A stretch of 64,000 nt of DNA, from positions 141,518 to 205,517 of IMG/VR virus record IMGVR_UViG_3300030107_006644. One strand, written 5' to 3'. This document shows positions 19,099-26,254 of the stretch, piece after piece. Every line of letters starts with the position of its first letter. Within the stretch, counting starts at the first letter, position 1. The translations under genes were made by a program, and so were the position numbers. Under the pieces are notes generated by a model. The model searched no databases and had not been told where the DNA came from. It saw only the letters and a list, made by a program, of their open reading frames with translations.

Positions 19099-19149
19099 CA
19101 TTTTCTTGACAGGAAACCACTTGACGAATGAGCGTTTGGTGAGTATATT
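19095..19149 (+). promoter_or_regulatory. Triple-box promoter element P3
   Basis: TTGACA 19095, TTGACA 19106, TTGACG 19121, 17 bp, TATATT 19144. Confidence 0.9.
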
Positions 19150-19175
19150 ATATGGGTAAGCAGGAGAAAGCAAAC

Positions 19176-19373
19176 ATGGAACTTGATACACCTTTTGATA
19201 ATGCAGCTATCGCATGCGAATGCATTGTAACATCTGTCGCCTTTGCCTCGCAGGTAATCGAGGCGCAGAAGAAACTTCAACTACAGCCAGAAGAAAATCG
19301 TGAAATGGTTTCTATTCTACTGGAAACCTATGCTATCGCATGGCTGGAAGCAGACGGAGCAGCGCAAGCCTGA
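19176..19373 (+). CDS. Hypothetical protein
   Basis: AGGAG SD, ATG 19176. Confidence 0.65.
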   Translation: MELDTPFDNAAIACECIVTSVAFASQVIEAQKKLQLQPEENREMVSILLETYAIAWLEADGAAQA

Positions 19374-19660
19374 TGAAGACTGTAATCGTATTCGACACCG
19401 ATGATGAAGAGGGCATGCGTAATGCCTTCAAGATCGTTGATCATCTTTCAATGCAGTATCTCAACCAACGCTTGCGTGCGATGACTCCAACGGAGATTCG
19501 TTTCGGTCGGATCGAGTTTATAAAGATGATCCGTGCATATGCGAAACATATTACAGACGCTCAAAAGGCTGACGCCAAGGTAGACATTAACAGTCTTAGA
19601 TTCAACAAAGAGTATGCTGATAAGATTTGGCAGGAGAAACGCGCAAAGGCACTGATATGA
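19373..19660 (+). CDS. Hypothetical protein
   Basis: TGATG coupling to the upstream gene. Confidence 0.7.
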   Translation: MKTVIVFDTDDEEGMRNAFKIVDHLSMQYLNQRLRAMTPTEIRFGRIEFIKMIRAYAKHITDAQKADAKVDINSLRFNKEYADKIWQEKRAKALI

Positions 19661-19758
19661 AACACAACGAAGAACCAAAAACCGATCCACTATTCACTGC
19701 ATACCTGTGTGTGTGCGTGTTCTGGATGCTCGCTGCTAGTGTCGCAGCGGCAAGTTAA
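19657..19758 (+). CDS. Possible 33-aa membrane peptide
   Basis: ATGA coupling; hydrophobic; stop lies in GTTAAACCT. Confidence 0.4.
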   Translation: MKHNEEPKTDPLFTAYLCVCVFWMLAASVAAAS

Positions 19759-19779
19759 ACCTTCCGGCGGAGAAAACCA

Positions 19780-19917
19780 ATGGCTAAGAAGAAAATCAAA
19801 ACCATCAAACCTCGCAACTGGCTGGCGCTTCATGCCCGTCGTCGTCGCGGTGGTCCGATGAGGGATCGAAAGAAGGCAGCGAACAAGAAGGCATGCCGTG
19901 GGAGAGTCCATGCATAA
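19780..19917 (+). CDS. Small highly basic protein (45 aa, not in the ORF track)
   Basis: MAKKKIKTIKPRNWLALHARRRRGGPMRDRKKAANKKACRGRVHA; GGAG SD. Confidence 0.65.
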   Translation: MAKKKIKTIKPRNWLALHARRRRGGPMRDRKKAANKKACRGRVHA

Positions 19918-20230
19918 GAAGCTGATCGGAGCACTCGTTCGGTTCTTGCCTGTTGGCAACTATCATGAGTTTCACAATGCTGTGGGTATGGTGACTTCGC
20001 ATAATAAACCTTCACATGTTCGCGTCAAGTGGATCAAGCCTGTTCACTATGCCGTTCACAGCGAACACTACAAGTTTCATGGACCGGCGACGGTTTCGGA
20101 CTTTGACCTCGACCGGCTTGAAGTGATCAGTAGCGTACTTAGTGACGAGCAGCTTGAAAGCGTTGTCGGTGGTATGAGTCCAGAAAGTTTTAGTAACTGG
20201 CGAGCGGAGAAGTTAAATGAAAGTCGGTGA
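19910..20230 (+). CDS. MKVGDLV-family SH3/KOW-like protein
   Basis: LIGALVRF...VGMVT...VRVKW...RLEVIS; ends NESR overlapping the next start. Confidence 0.7.
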   Translation: MHKKLIGALVRFLPVGNYHEFHNAVGMVTSHNKPSHVRVKWIKPVHYAVHSEHYKFHGPATVSDFDLDRLEVISSVLSDEQLESVVGGMSPESFSNWRAEKLNESR

Positions 20231-20387
20231 TTTGGTTTGGATTGATTGGAATAGTTACCCAGAAGAGGCGTTCACTGCATCCGGCGTTATCATTAAGGAT
20301 GAGGGATTTAGCTTCTTTAGGGTCTTGTTTAACGGTGAGCAGAGGGTTTTCCATTCTGATTATCTGGAGGCACTCAATGAAGCATAG
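20217..20387 (+). CDS. MKVGDLV-family SH3/KOW-like protein (56 aa, not in the ORF track)
   Basis: MKVGDLVWI...SGVIIK...FRVLF...YLEALNEA. Confidence 0.8.
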   Translation: MKVGDLVWIDWNSYPEEAFTASGVIIKDEGFSFFRVLFNGEQRVFHSDYLEALNEA

Positions 20388-20565
20388 TGGTGCGCCGAGT
20401 GTGGGCGATCTCGTTGTGGCGCTCTATGACGAGCAGCGAGGACTCAAGTGTATCGGCCTTGTTTTAGATTGCCGAGGTATTGAGTGTCGAATCAAGTGGG
20501 CTTCGCGCAGCGACCCTATTGGGTGGTGGAGAAGAGATCAGTTAAGGGTTGTGCATGCCGCTTGA
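20377..20565 (+). CDS. MKVGDLV-family SH3/KOW-like protein
   Basis: PSVGDLVVA...IGLVLD...RIKW...QLRVV; GGAGG SD inside the upstream gene. Confidence 0.75.
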   Translation: MKHSGAPSVGDLVVALYDEQRGLKCIGLVLDCRGIECRIKWASRSDPIGWWRRDQLRVVHAA

Positions 20566-20618
20566 AGTCTTGGCAATAATGGTTATTTGGATATGTTTTT
20601 GGATATTAAGGGAGAAGT

Positions 20619-20822
20619 ATGAAAGTCGGTGATCTCGTTATTATGCCTGATCAGAAGCTGCTGAAGGATGAGCCTGTACCTATTGCCGTCGTGCTGCAAA
20701 CAAAGCATGATGGCATCAACCGAGGCACAAGCCATAAGCGTGTTAGGGTTCACTGGATTCAAGATAATGAAAGATCATGGGAGCCTGTGAAGTGGCTGGA
20801 GGTAATCAGTGCGGTTAGTTAG
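20619..20822 (+). CDS. MKVGDLV-family SH3/KOW-like protein
   Basis: MKVGDLVIM...VRVHW...WLEVIS. Confidence 0.8.
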   Translation: MKVGDLVIMPDQKLLKDEPVPIAVVLQTKHDGINRGTSHKRVRVHWIQDNERSWEPVKWLEVISAVS

Positions 20823-21141
20823 AGACATAAAGTTAGTTAGAGATTTAATCCCTCGCATCATCGAGGAGGAAGGAGGCACATGCAACAGTCGCACGGTTCA
20901 CGGGGTCGATGAACACCTTGTCTTTCTTAGAGTCAAGATGATCGAAGAGGTGAATGAGTTTATTGTGGATCCATCTTATGAAGAGGCTGCAGACATGTTA
21001 GAGGTTCTAAAAGCCTTTTGTTTATTAAATGGCTTGGATTTTGATACCGTGGTCAGCACGGCGCAAAGCAAACAAGAGGAGCGCGGAGGATTTCATCGCG
21101 GAGTCATCTTGCAGGAGGTAACAAACAGTGAAGATCGGTGA
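20809..21141 (+). CDS. MazG-like / phosphoribosyl-ATP pyrophosphohydrolase-family NTP pyrophosphatase
   Basis: KLVRDLIPRII...KMIEEVNEF...EE.AD.LEV...K.EERGGF. Confidence 0.85.
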   Translation: MRLVRDIKLVRDLIPRIIEEEGGTCNSRTVHGVDEHLVFLRVKMIEEVNEFIVDPSYEEAADMLEVLKAFCLLNGLDFDTVVSTAQSKQEERGGFHRGVILQEVTNSEDR

Positions 21142-21334
21142 CTTGGTAAGATGGTGCGGAAAAATCTGCGTTGTTACGGAGGTTTATGAAAGCAAGATAT
21201 GGCGCACCGACAAAATGGGAAAGATGGTGCGTTGGGGAGAGATTGAACCCGAGCCTTTCGCCCGAATCTTGCTTGGCGATGAGCTGCGTGGTGTGCCGCA
21301 AACGGACCTAGAGGTAGTCAGTGGGTGCAGCTAA
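21128..21334 (+). CDS. MKVGDLV-family SH3/KOW-like protein
   Basis: MKIGDLVRW...DLEVVS. Confidence 0.8.
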   Translation: MKIGDLVRWCGKICVVTEVYESKIWRTDKMGKMVRWGEIEPEPFARILLGDELRGVPQTDLEVVSGCS

Positions 21335-21573
21335 ATGTAACCATACTTCCCGGCGATCTGCTATGGCAGTTGCGACCTCCGCACGGAGTCTGCCTATTGT
21401 TGGAGATAAAAGACCTTCCACAAGACGTTCGCTCAATGAAAGGCTGGATTTCTCAAGACTATCCAGTATACAGACTATTACATCAAGCTGGGTTCATTTT
21501 TGAGGATCCCCATTACTATTACGAGAAGTTAAACCTTAGCCGACAGGAGAAACAAGATGGCAACTTGTATTAA
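21325..21573 (+). CDS. Divergent SH3/KOW-like protein
   Basis: ILPGDLLW...VCLLLE...YRLL. Confidence 0.6.
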   Translation: MQLNVTILPGDLLWQLRPPHGVCLLLEIKDLPQDVRSMKGWISQDYPVYRLLHQAGFIFEDPHYYYEKLNLSRQEKQDGNLY

Positions 21574-21754
21574 ATGTGAAGAAGAATATAACGATAAGCG
21601 ACTAGCCCTAGGCTACCGCACATGCTTGGACTGTGGCGGTCGCGATGCCAACAGGATCAGTCGAGCGAGAACAGCACAGGTTCTCAAGTCAATGACGCCA
21701 AATCATTATGAAGGTAGTCCCGAAGACCTGTTCGATAAGCCCGACGAGTCTTGA
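21557..21754 (+). CDS. C4 zinc-finger protein (DksA/TraR-finger-like)
   Basis: CIKCEEEYNDKRLALGYRTCLDCG; stop lies in P4 box 1. Confidence 0.65.
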   Translation: MATCIKCEEEYNDKRLALGYRTCLDCGGRDANRISRARTAQVLKSMTPNHYEGSPEDLFDKPDES

Positions 21755-21805
21755 CATTTACTTGACAACTGCACCCTTGACTTTCCCGGTCAGGGGTGCT
21801 ATATT
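21751..21805 (+). promoter_or_regulatory. Triple-box promoter element P4
   Basis: TTGACA 21751, TTGACA 21762, TTGACT 21777, 17 bp, TATATT 21800. Confidence 0.9.
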
Positions 21806-21832
21806 ATAGGGGTAATCAGCAAGGAGTATACA

Positions 21833-21997
21833 GTGAACTTGACAGAAGATGAAATCGTTGACCTGATCGACTGCGTTAACAATCGCATTGATGACCTGAT
21901 GGACTGCGCCATGTTTGGCGATGCCGTCGAGATTGAGAGCGAGATTGAGAGGATGAATGAACTATCAACTAAACTTAGCGAAGCATTGGAGGCTTAA
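21833..21997 (+). CDS. Small very acidic helical protein (54 aa, not in the ORF track)
   Basis: AAGGAG SD, GTG start; 16 D/E versus 3 K/R. Confidence 0.7.
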   Translation: MNLTEDEIVDLIDCVNNRIDDLMDCAMFGDAVEIESEIERMNELSTKLSEALEA

Positions 21998-21999
21998 AC

Positions 22000-22365
22000 A
22001 TGGGCTATCGTTCAACAGCTATTCTCGCGGTCAGCAAAGAGGCTCGACCGTATCTTATGCACTTTCTCGGTAAAACACCGGCTGCTATGGAACTTTGTTT
22101 CGGACCACATGCGGATCGTACCGAAGACTTCCAAGGCGAAGAAGGGTCGGTCATGTTTCGTTTCGACAGCATTAAGTGGTACGAGGGCTATAAGGAGATC
22201 GACGCTATCGAGTCCTTCATGAGCCACATGGACTGCGACGAAGCAGAAGAACTGGGCGAGGGATGCGAGCATTATCGCTTTGTACGTACTGGCGAAGAGT
22301 ACGAGGATATTGAACAGCGTGGTTATGCCTTTGACATTCACCCGTCAGTCGGTATCGAGTATTAA
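22000..22365 (+). CDS. Acidic hypothetical phage protein
   Basis: MGYRSTAILAV...IKWYEGY...YRFVRTGEEYED. Confidence 0.75.
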   Translation: MGYRSTAILAVSKEARPYLMHFLGKTPAAMELCFGPHADRTEDFQGEEGSVMFRFDSIKWYEGYKEIDAIESFMSHMDCDEAEELGEGCEHYRFVRTGEEYEDIEQRGYAFDIHPSVGIEY

Positions 22366-22393
22366 AGTTAAAGGTTGATAACAGGATCATAAC

Positions 22394-22591
22394 ATGAAGT
22401 ATACAATACCGCAAGCAGGATCGATGATCGGCGCTCTCGCTACTGGTGAGAACATCAAAGGGATTCAGATCGTTGTCGAGTACAAGTGTGACGCGAAAGG
22501 CGAGTGGATTCGATTCATTAAAGATCCACCAGATCATTGGTGGGATCTTAGCAATATAAACATTATTTCAAAGAAGGAACAGAATGGCTAA
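22394..22591 (+). CDS. Hypothetical protein
   Basis: 65 aa, AGGA SD. Confidence 0.6.
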   Translation: MKYTIPQAGSMIGALATGENIKGIQIVVEYKCDAKGEWIRFIKDPPDHWWDLSNINIISKKEQNG

Positions 22592-22856
22592 CTTAGCATT
22601 TTCAGGAGAGAAGGTATCGCAGGACGAGGTGAAGAAAGCGTTGATGGCTATTTTAGCCGAGGACTGGCCCGAAGCCTTTACCGTAGACTTTCATTCAGAC
22701 GGTGGAGGATCGGTGGTTCGCGCCATCGTCGAATGTCACAACACCGACGATCATTTAGACAAGTCCTTGACTGACAAGCTGCCACTTAAGTTTATGGGAT
22801 GGCGACTTGTGATATTAAAGGTTCCTATTGGTCATGTTGGAGTCTTTTACTCCTGA
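22584..22856 (+). CDS. Hypothetical protein
   Basis: 90 aa; stop lies in P5 box 1. Confidence 0.7.
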   Translation: MANLAFSGEKVSQDEVKKALMAILAEDWPEAFTVDFHSDGGGSVVRAIVECHNTDDHLDKSLTDKLPLKFMGWRLVILKVPIGHVGVFYS

Positions 22857-22907
22857 CATTCTCTTGACAACTTTGCTATTGACTTCGACCCTCGCAGGTG
22901 CTATATT
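22853..22907 (+). promoter_or_regulatory. Triple-box promoter element P5
   Basis: CTGACA 22853, TTGACA 22864, TTGACT 22879, 17 bp, TATATT 22902. Confidence 0.9.
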
Positions 22908-22932
22908 ATATGAGTAACCAAGGAGAGTACAC

Positions 22933-23277
22933 ATGGCCTATCTCACGAAAGACGATCTCGTAATCATTCGCACAAGCGACACCACCATTCAGGCGCGTGT
23001 TGTAGACATGCAGTTTCGGCGCTTCAAGCGTTCATGGCAGGACAAGAAGACTGGTGAGTGGAAATACCGATGGAAGTCCGTGCCTTATGCGATTTGCGAG
23101 TGCTTCATCGGCGCTCCTGTCGGTACAGAGTTCTTGATTCCCGGCTATAAGCTGAAGAGTGAGGTCAAGAACGGAGAAAGTCTGCTTGTTCTCCGCGACA
23201 AGTATGCAGCCGAGTTCGATGGCGAGTGGGTAAGTAAGATGTTGGCCGAAAGCAAGGCCAAGCGAGCTAGTGCGTGA
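22933..23277 (+). CDS. Hypothetical protein, possibly a divergent SH3-like fold
   Basis: AAGGAG SD; LTKDDLVII...ARVVDM. Confidence 0.75.
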   Translation: MAYLTKDDLVIIRTSDTTIQARVVDMQFRRFKRSWQDKKTGEWKYRWKSVPYAICECFIGAPVGTEFLIPGYKLKSEVKNGESLLVLRDKYAAEFDGEWVSKMLAESKAKRASA

Positions 23278-23438
23278 AAGTCGGTGATCTGGTAAAGTAT
23301 AGACGCAACGCGGTAGACGCTGGTGTGGGCATCGCTCTCATCGAGGGTGCCAATGCGCGGTGGACGATTCTGTGGTCAACCGGCGTGAGTGAGATCGTTA
23401 GAGAAGAAAACTTGAAGGTGATCAATGAAAGTCGGTGA
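23274..23438 (+). CDS. SH3/KOW-like array gene 1 (54 aa, not in the ORF track)
   Basis: MKVGDLVKY...GVGIALI...WTILW...NLKVINESR. Confidence 0.8.
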   Translation: MKVGDLVKYRRNAVDAGVGIALIEGANARWTILWSTGVSEIVREENLKVINESR

Positions 23439-23604
23439 TATAGTAACTTGTAGCTACGGTATTGGCATGGTGGCAGCAAAGGCTTTGCAGCATGACGGCC
23501 CGCTATTCCGTATCATATTCAACGCTTTCCCAGAGCGCAAGATATGGGTTCGCCCGTGGGAACTGGAGGTAATCAGTGCAAGTCGGCGATCTGGTCAAGT
23601 TTGA
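23425..23604 (+). CDS. SH3/KOW-like array gene 2 (59 aa, not in the ORF track)
   Basis: MKVGDIVTC...GIGMVA...FRIIF...ELEVISASR. Confidence 0.8.
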   Translation: MKVGDIVTCSYGIGMVAAKALQHDGPLFRIIFNAFPERKIWVRPWELEVISASRRSGQV

Positions 23605-23764
23605 AACTAACTCATGGGTGATGCAGCGGGACGACTATGCAAATCCCGGTGTGATCGTGGAAGACGTGTCTGGCGTGAGCACCCGACGCTACCGAGTCAT
23701 GTGGGCCGATCAGAGAATCACGGTCGAACATGAAGGTTATCTTAAACCTTTGACATCTTCTTGA
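23576..23764 (+). CDS. SH3/KOW-like array gene 3
   Basis: MQVGDLVKF...PGVIVE...YRVMW; stop lies in P6 box 2. Confidence 0.8.
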   Translation: MQVGDLVKFETNSWVMQRDDYANPGVIVEDVSGVSTRRYRVMWADQRITVEHEGYLKPLTSS

Positions 23765-23803
23765 CAAGATCCGCTTGACTTCCATGCTCGCCCATGCTAT
23801 ATT
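23750..23803 (+). promoter_or_regulatory. Triple-box promoter element P6
   Basis: TTGACA 23750, TTGACA 23761, TTGACT 23775, 17 bp, TATATT 23798. Confidence 0.9.
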
Positions 23804-23825
23804 ATATGGGTAATCAGGGAGAGAT

Positions 23826-24008
23826 ATGATTAAGGTTGGCGATTTGGTAAGGATAGCGGAGCCCTTCATGGGCTATCAGGGTCAAGTGGGTATCGTTACA
23901 AAGATCCCGCTGACCGAGCGTGGCATGTGGGCTATCCTGCTCACATCCGGCGAGCTTATCGCCACGAGGCTTATGTCACGTATGGAGGTCGTCAATGAAA
24001 GTCGGTAA
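23826..24008 (+). CDS. SH3/KOW-like array gene 4
   Basis: MIKVGDLVRI...VGIVT...WAILL...MEVVNESR. Confidence 0.8.
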   Translation: MIKVGDLVRIAEPFMGYQGQVGIVTKIPLTERGMWAILLTSGELIATRLMSRMEVVNESR

Positions 24009-24174
24009 TCTAGTAAGTGTGAAGCGCACTCATGGCCGAGAGCCTGTCATCGGTGTTATCATCGAGATCAAGGAAGACGAACACAATCGAGTCGCACTTG
24101 TTGAGTCTATTAAAGGTAACTATCGGCTTTATGCTAACCCTCTCGACATCGAGGTGATAAGTGACTGTCGGTGA
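23995..24174 (+). CDS. SH3/KOW-like array gene 5
   Basis: MKVGNLVSV...IGVIIE...DIEVISDCR. Confidence 0.8.
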   Translation: MKVGNLVSVKRTHGREPVIGVIIEIKEDEHNRVALVESIKGNYRLYANPLDIEVISDCR

Positions 24175-24379
24175 TCTCGTTAAAGTTACACGCGCATCCA
24201 TCGGCGTGCCTGTTGGGACATTGGGTCTAATCATGTCCTCGCATGAAACCCGTGGAGACTATGATACTGCGTCGGGCGAGAAGATTCACATACTGCAGCT
24301 TATTGGAGGTGATTTTGCATGGGGGCAGAACCGTCGTTATTTGGGGAGAGACTTGGAGGTAATCAATGCAAGTCGGTGA
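24161..24379 (+). CDS. SH3/KOW-like array gene 6
   Basis: MTVGDLVKV...LGLIMS...DLEVINASR. Confidence 0.8.
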   Translation: MTVGDLVKVTRASIGVPVGTLGLIMSSHETRGDYDTASGEKIHILQLIGGDFAWGQNRRYLGRDLEVINASR

Positions 24380-24539
24380 TTTGGTGAGGAACCGTAACTC
24401 TGAGGGCGGCCTGCTGGGTATTATTGTGGGCTGGCAGGATCTCAGTTATGAGGGTTTGCAGCCTATTATACACTGGTTCGACGGGCGCACAAGTTGGATT
24501 ATGGCGCATCGCGTGGAGGTCATCAATGCAAGTCGGTAG
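24366..24539 (+). CDS. SH3/KOW-like array gene 7 (57 aa, not in the ORF track)
   Basis: MQVGDLVRN...LGIIVG...IIHW...RVEVINASR. Confidence 0.8.
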   Translation: MQVGDLVRNRNSEGGLLGIIVGWQDLSYEGLQPIIHWFDGRTSWIMAHRVEVINASR

Positions 24540-24735
24540 TCTATACAGGTTTGACCGTATCAACGGTCACACAACAACCGTGAATGGCCGGTTGGCGATT
24601 TATTTGGGCGAAGCCTTCATCCGTCGAGACGATGGCGTGACCATCGAGAACCACAGGGTTTTGATGGTTGGGAACACAAGCCCGACGATCATTGATCGCG
24701 GCCTGCTGAAGCACATGCGAGAGGTGACAGCATGA
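24526..24735 (+). CDS. SH3/KOW-like array gene 8
   Basis: MQVGSLYRF...LAIYLG...HRVLM...MREVTA. Confidence 0.75.
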   Translation: MQVGSLYRFDRINGHTTTVNGRLAIYLGEAFIRRDDGVTIENHRVLMVGNTSPTIIDRGLLKHMREVTA

Positions 24736-24905
24736 AAGTCGGTGATCTGGTAACACAGTCGCATGCCGGGAGTAATACAGGCATCATCATAGCCATCGAT
24801 CCCGAAGAAATCGGAGATTCAAAAGAAGTGCTGGTATTCTGGGACGATGGCGAAGTTTGGAACCATTCGATGCGGTTTCTGGAGGTGATCAGTGCAAGAT
24901 CCTAG
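24732..24905 (+). CDS. SH3/KOW-like array gene 9 (57 aa, not in the ORF track)
   Basis: MKVGDLVTQ...TGIIIA...VLVFW...FLEVISARS. Confidence 0.8.
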   Translation: MKVGDLVTQSHAGSNTGIIIAIDPEEIGDSKEVLVFWDDGEVWNHSMRFLEVISARS

Positions 24906-25092
24906 ACCTTGGAAGGTGGGCGATCTAGTCAGGATTAAACGCACTGGTGAGACTGCGTTGATATTGTACGTTGCCGATGCGTCCATCGGCTGCAAAATGA
25001 TTAAGATTCATACGGGCGAGTATTTCGCCCCTTGGAAGTTAAACCTTGTTAGCAAGGGAGCTAACAAGGTCGAAGAAGGGAGAGAGGAATGA
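24892..25092 (+). CDS. SH3/KOW-like array gene 10
   Basis: WKVGDLVRI...TALILY...KLNLVS. Confidence 0.8.
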   Translation: MQDPRPWKVGDLVRIKRTGETALILYVADASIGCKMIKIHTGEYFAPWKLNLVSKGANKVEEGREE

Positions 25093-25442
25093 TGCCGATT
25101 TGGGTTTTTATGGTTCGCTACGATGGCGAAATGGCTTGCAGTACGCACTTGACGGAGAAGGGCGCGATCCTGACCGCGATTGAAGACGTGCTGCAGTACC
25201 TTGGAGTAGAAGACGAAGAGGACGCGAAGAACATATTTAGCGAACCGAGAAGATACAGTAATGTTTCCGCAGTCGAAGCAGCACTGAAAGAAGACGAGGT
25301 TCAACCTCCCGAATGGGATATTGGAAAGATGCAGAAGATGAATCGTGAACAACTTTATCGAGTCTATGCCGGATGGTGCGAGAAGACGTGGGATCACCAC
25401 ATCTACGAGTGCGAGATCATGAAAACGACGGTGACCGGATGA
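25089..25442 (+). CDS. Acidic hypothetical protein
   Basis: 117 aa; ATGA coupling at both ends. Confidence 0.75.
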   Translation: MMPIWVFMVRYDGEMACSTHLTEKGAILTAIEDVLQYLGVEDEEDAKNIFSEPRRYSNVSAVEAALKEDEVQPPEWDIGKMQKMNREQLYRVYAGWCEKTWDHHIYECEIMKTTVTG

Positions 25443-25762
25443 AGTTAAACCTTGAAGCTGCACCCGTCGAGGTTGTCTGGCCGCCGTGTCTCTCGACTAT
25501 CGGAGGCAAGCGATATGCGATCAGCGGCAACGTCTGGATCGAAGTACCGATGTCCACCGTGTTCGACGATTTGCCTCGATATATGGTCTGTGAGGCCCGC
25601 AAAGCCCCTGTGACGGCTCCGTGTCAGTCATGGGAGGTACAGGGTAGCAAAGGCAACAAGTACGCTGTGAGGCTGTCTGAGGGTGTCTGGTCCTGCTCAT
25701 GTCCCGGCTACTCGTTCCGTCGCAAATGTCGCCATATTGAGGAAAAGAAGATTGAAGTTTAA
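25439..25762 (+). CDS. SWIM zinc-finger protein
   Basis: GSKGNKYAV...WSCSCPGYSFRRKCRHI. Confidence 0.8.
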   Translation: MKLNLEAAPVEVVWPPCLSTIGGKRYAISGNVWIEVPMSTVFDDLPRYMVCEARKAPVTAPCQSWEVQGSKGNKYAVRLSEGVWSCSCPGYSFRRKCRHIEEKKIEV

Positions 25763-25937
25763 GGTTGGTGACTTGGTGACTTGGAGGAATGGCCTTGCTC
25801 AACCTCCCGGTATCATATTAAAGGTTTCCACCGAAAGGCGTGCGTACCTTATTTGCTTTCCGCATAAGAGCGTCACCCAGTGGTGTCCCGACGAGTTCTT
25901 GAACCAGTTGACAACCTCTTTACAAGAAAATCCTTGA
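25752..25937 (+). CDS. MKVGDLV-family SH3/KOW-like protein
   Basis: FKVGDLVTW...PGIILK...YLICF; stop lies in the -35 box of P7. Confidence 0.75.
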   Translation: MKFKVGDLVTWRNGLAQPPGIILKVSTERRAYLICFPHKSVTQWCPDEFLNQLTTSLQENP

Positions 25938-25962
25938 CTTTGGGCCTGAAAGACTATATATT
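25908..25962 (+). promoter_or_regulatory. Triple-box promoter element P7
   Basis: TTGACA 25908, TTTACA 25919, TTGACT 25934, 17 bp, TATATT 25957. Confidence 0.88.
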
Positions 25963-25986
25963 ATAGGGGTAACAAGGAGAGATACC

Positions 25987-26181
25987 ATGCAACCCGTGAT
26001 TCCACTTGACAAGATTCTTGAGCGCATGCGCGAAGAGCAACAGCCCGAGCGCCCAGCTTTGCGACTGTATGCACCCGAGCCTTCACCCGGTGATCCTCGC
26101 GACCATGAGTGGCCACCACGCCGGATCGAAGAAGACGAGCAGCCCGAAAGAGGGGTTGCAATCATTGATTTCACGATTTGA
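25987..26181 (+). CDS. Small hypothetical protein
   Basis: AAGGAG SD; EQQPERPALRLY...RGVAIIDF; stop lies in P8 box 1. Confidence 0.75.
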   Translation: MQPVIPLDKILERMREEQQPERPALRLYAPEPSPGDPRDHEWPPRRIEEDEQPERGVAIIDFTI

Positions 26182-26231
26182 CATTTCCCTGACATTTTAG
26201 ACTTGACTTTCTCTCTTCCCTGTGAGATAAT
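26178..26231 (+). promoter_or_regulatory. Triple-box promoter element P8
   Basis: TTGACA 26178, CTGACA 26189, TTGACT 26203, 17 bp, GATAAT 26226. Confidence 0.85.
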
Positions 26232-26254
26232 ACAGGGGTAATCAAGGAGATCCC

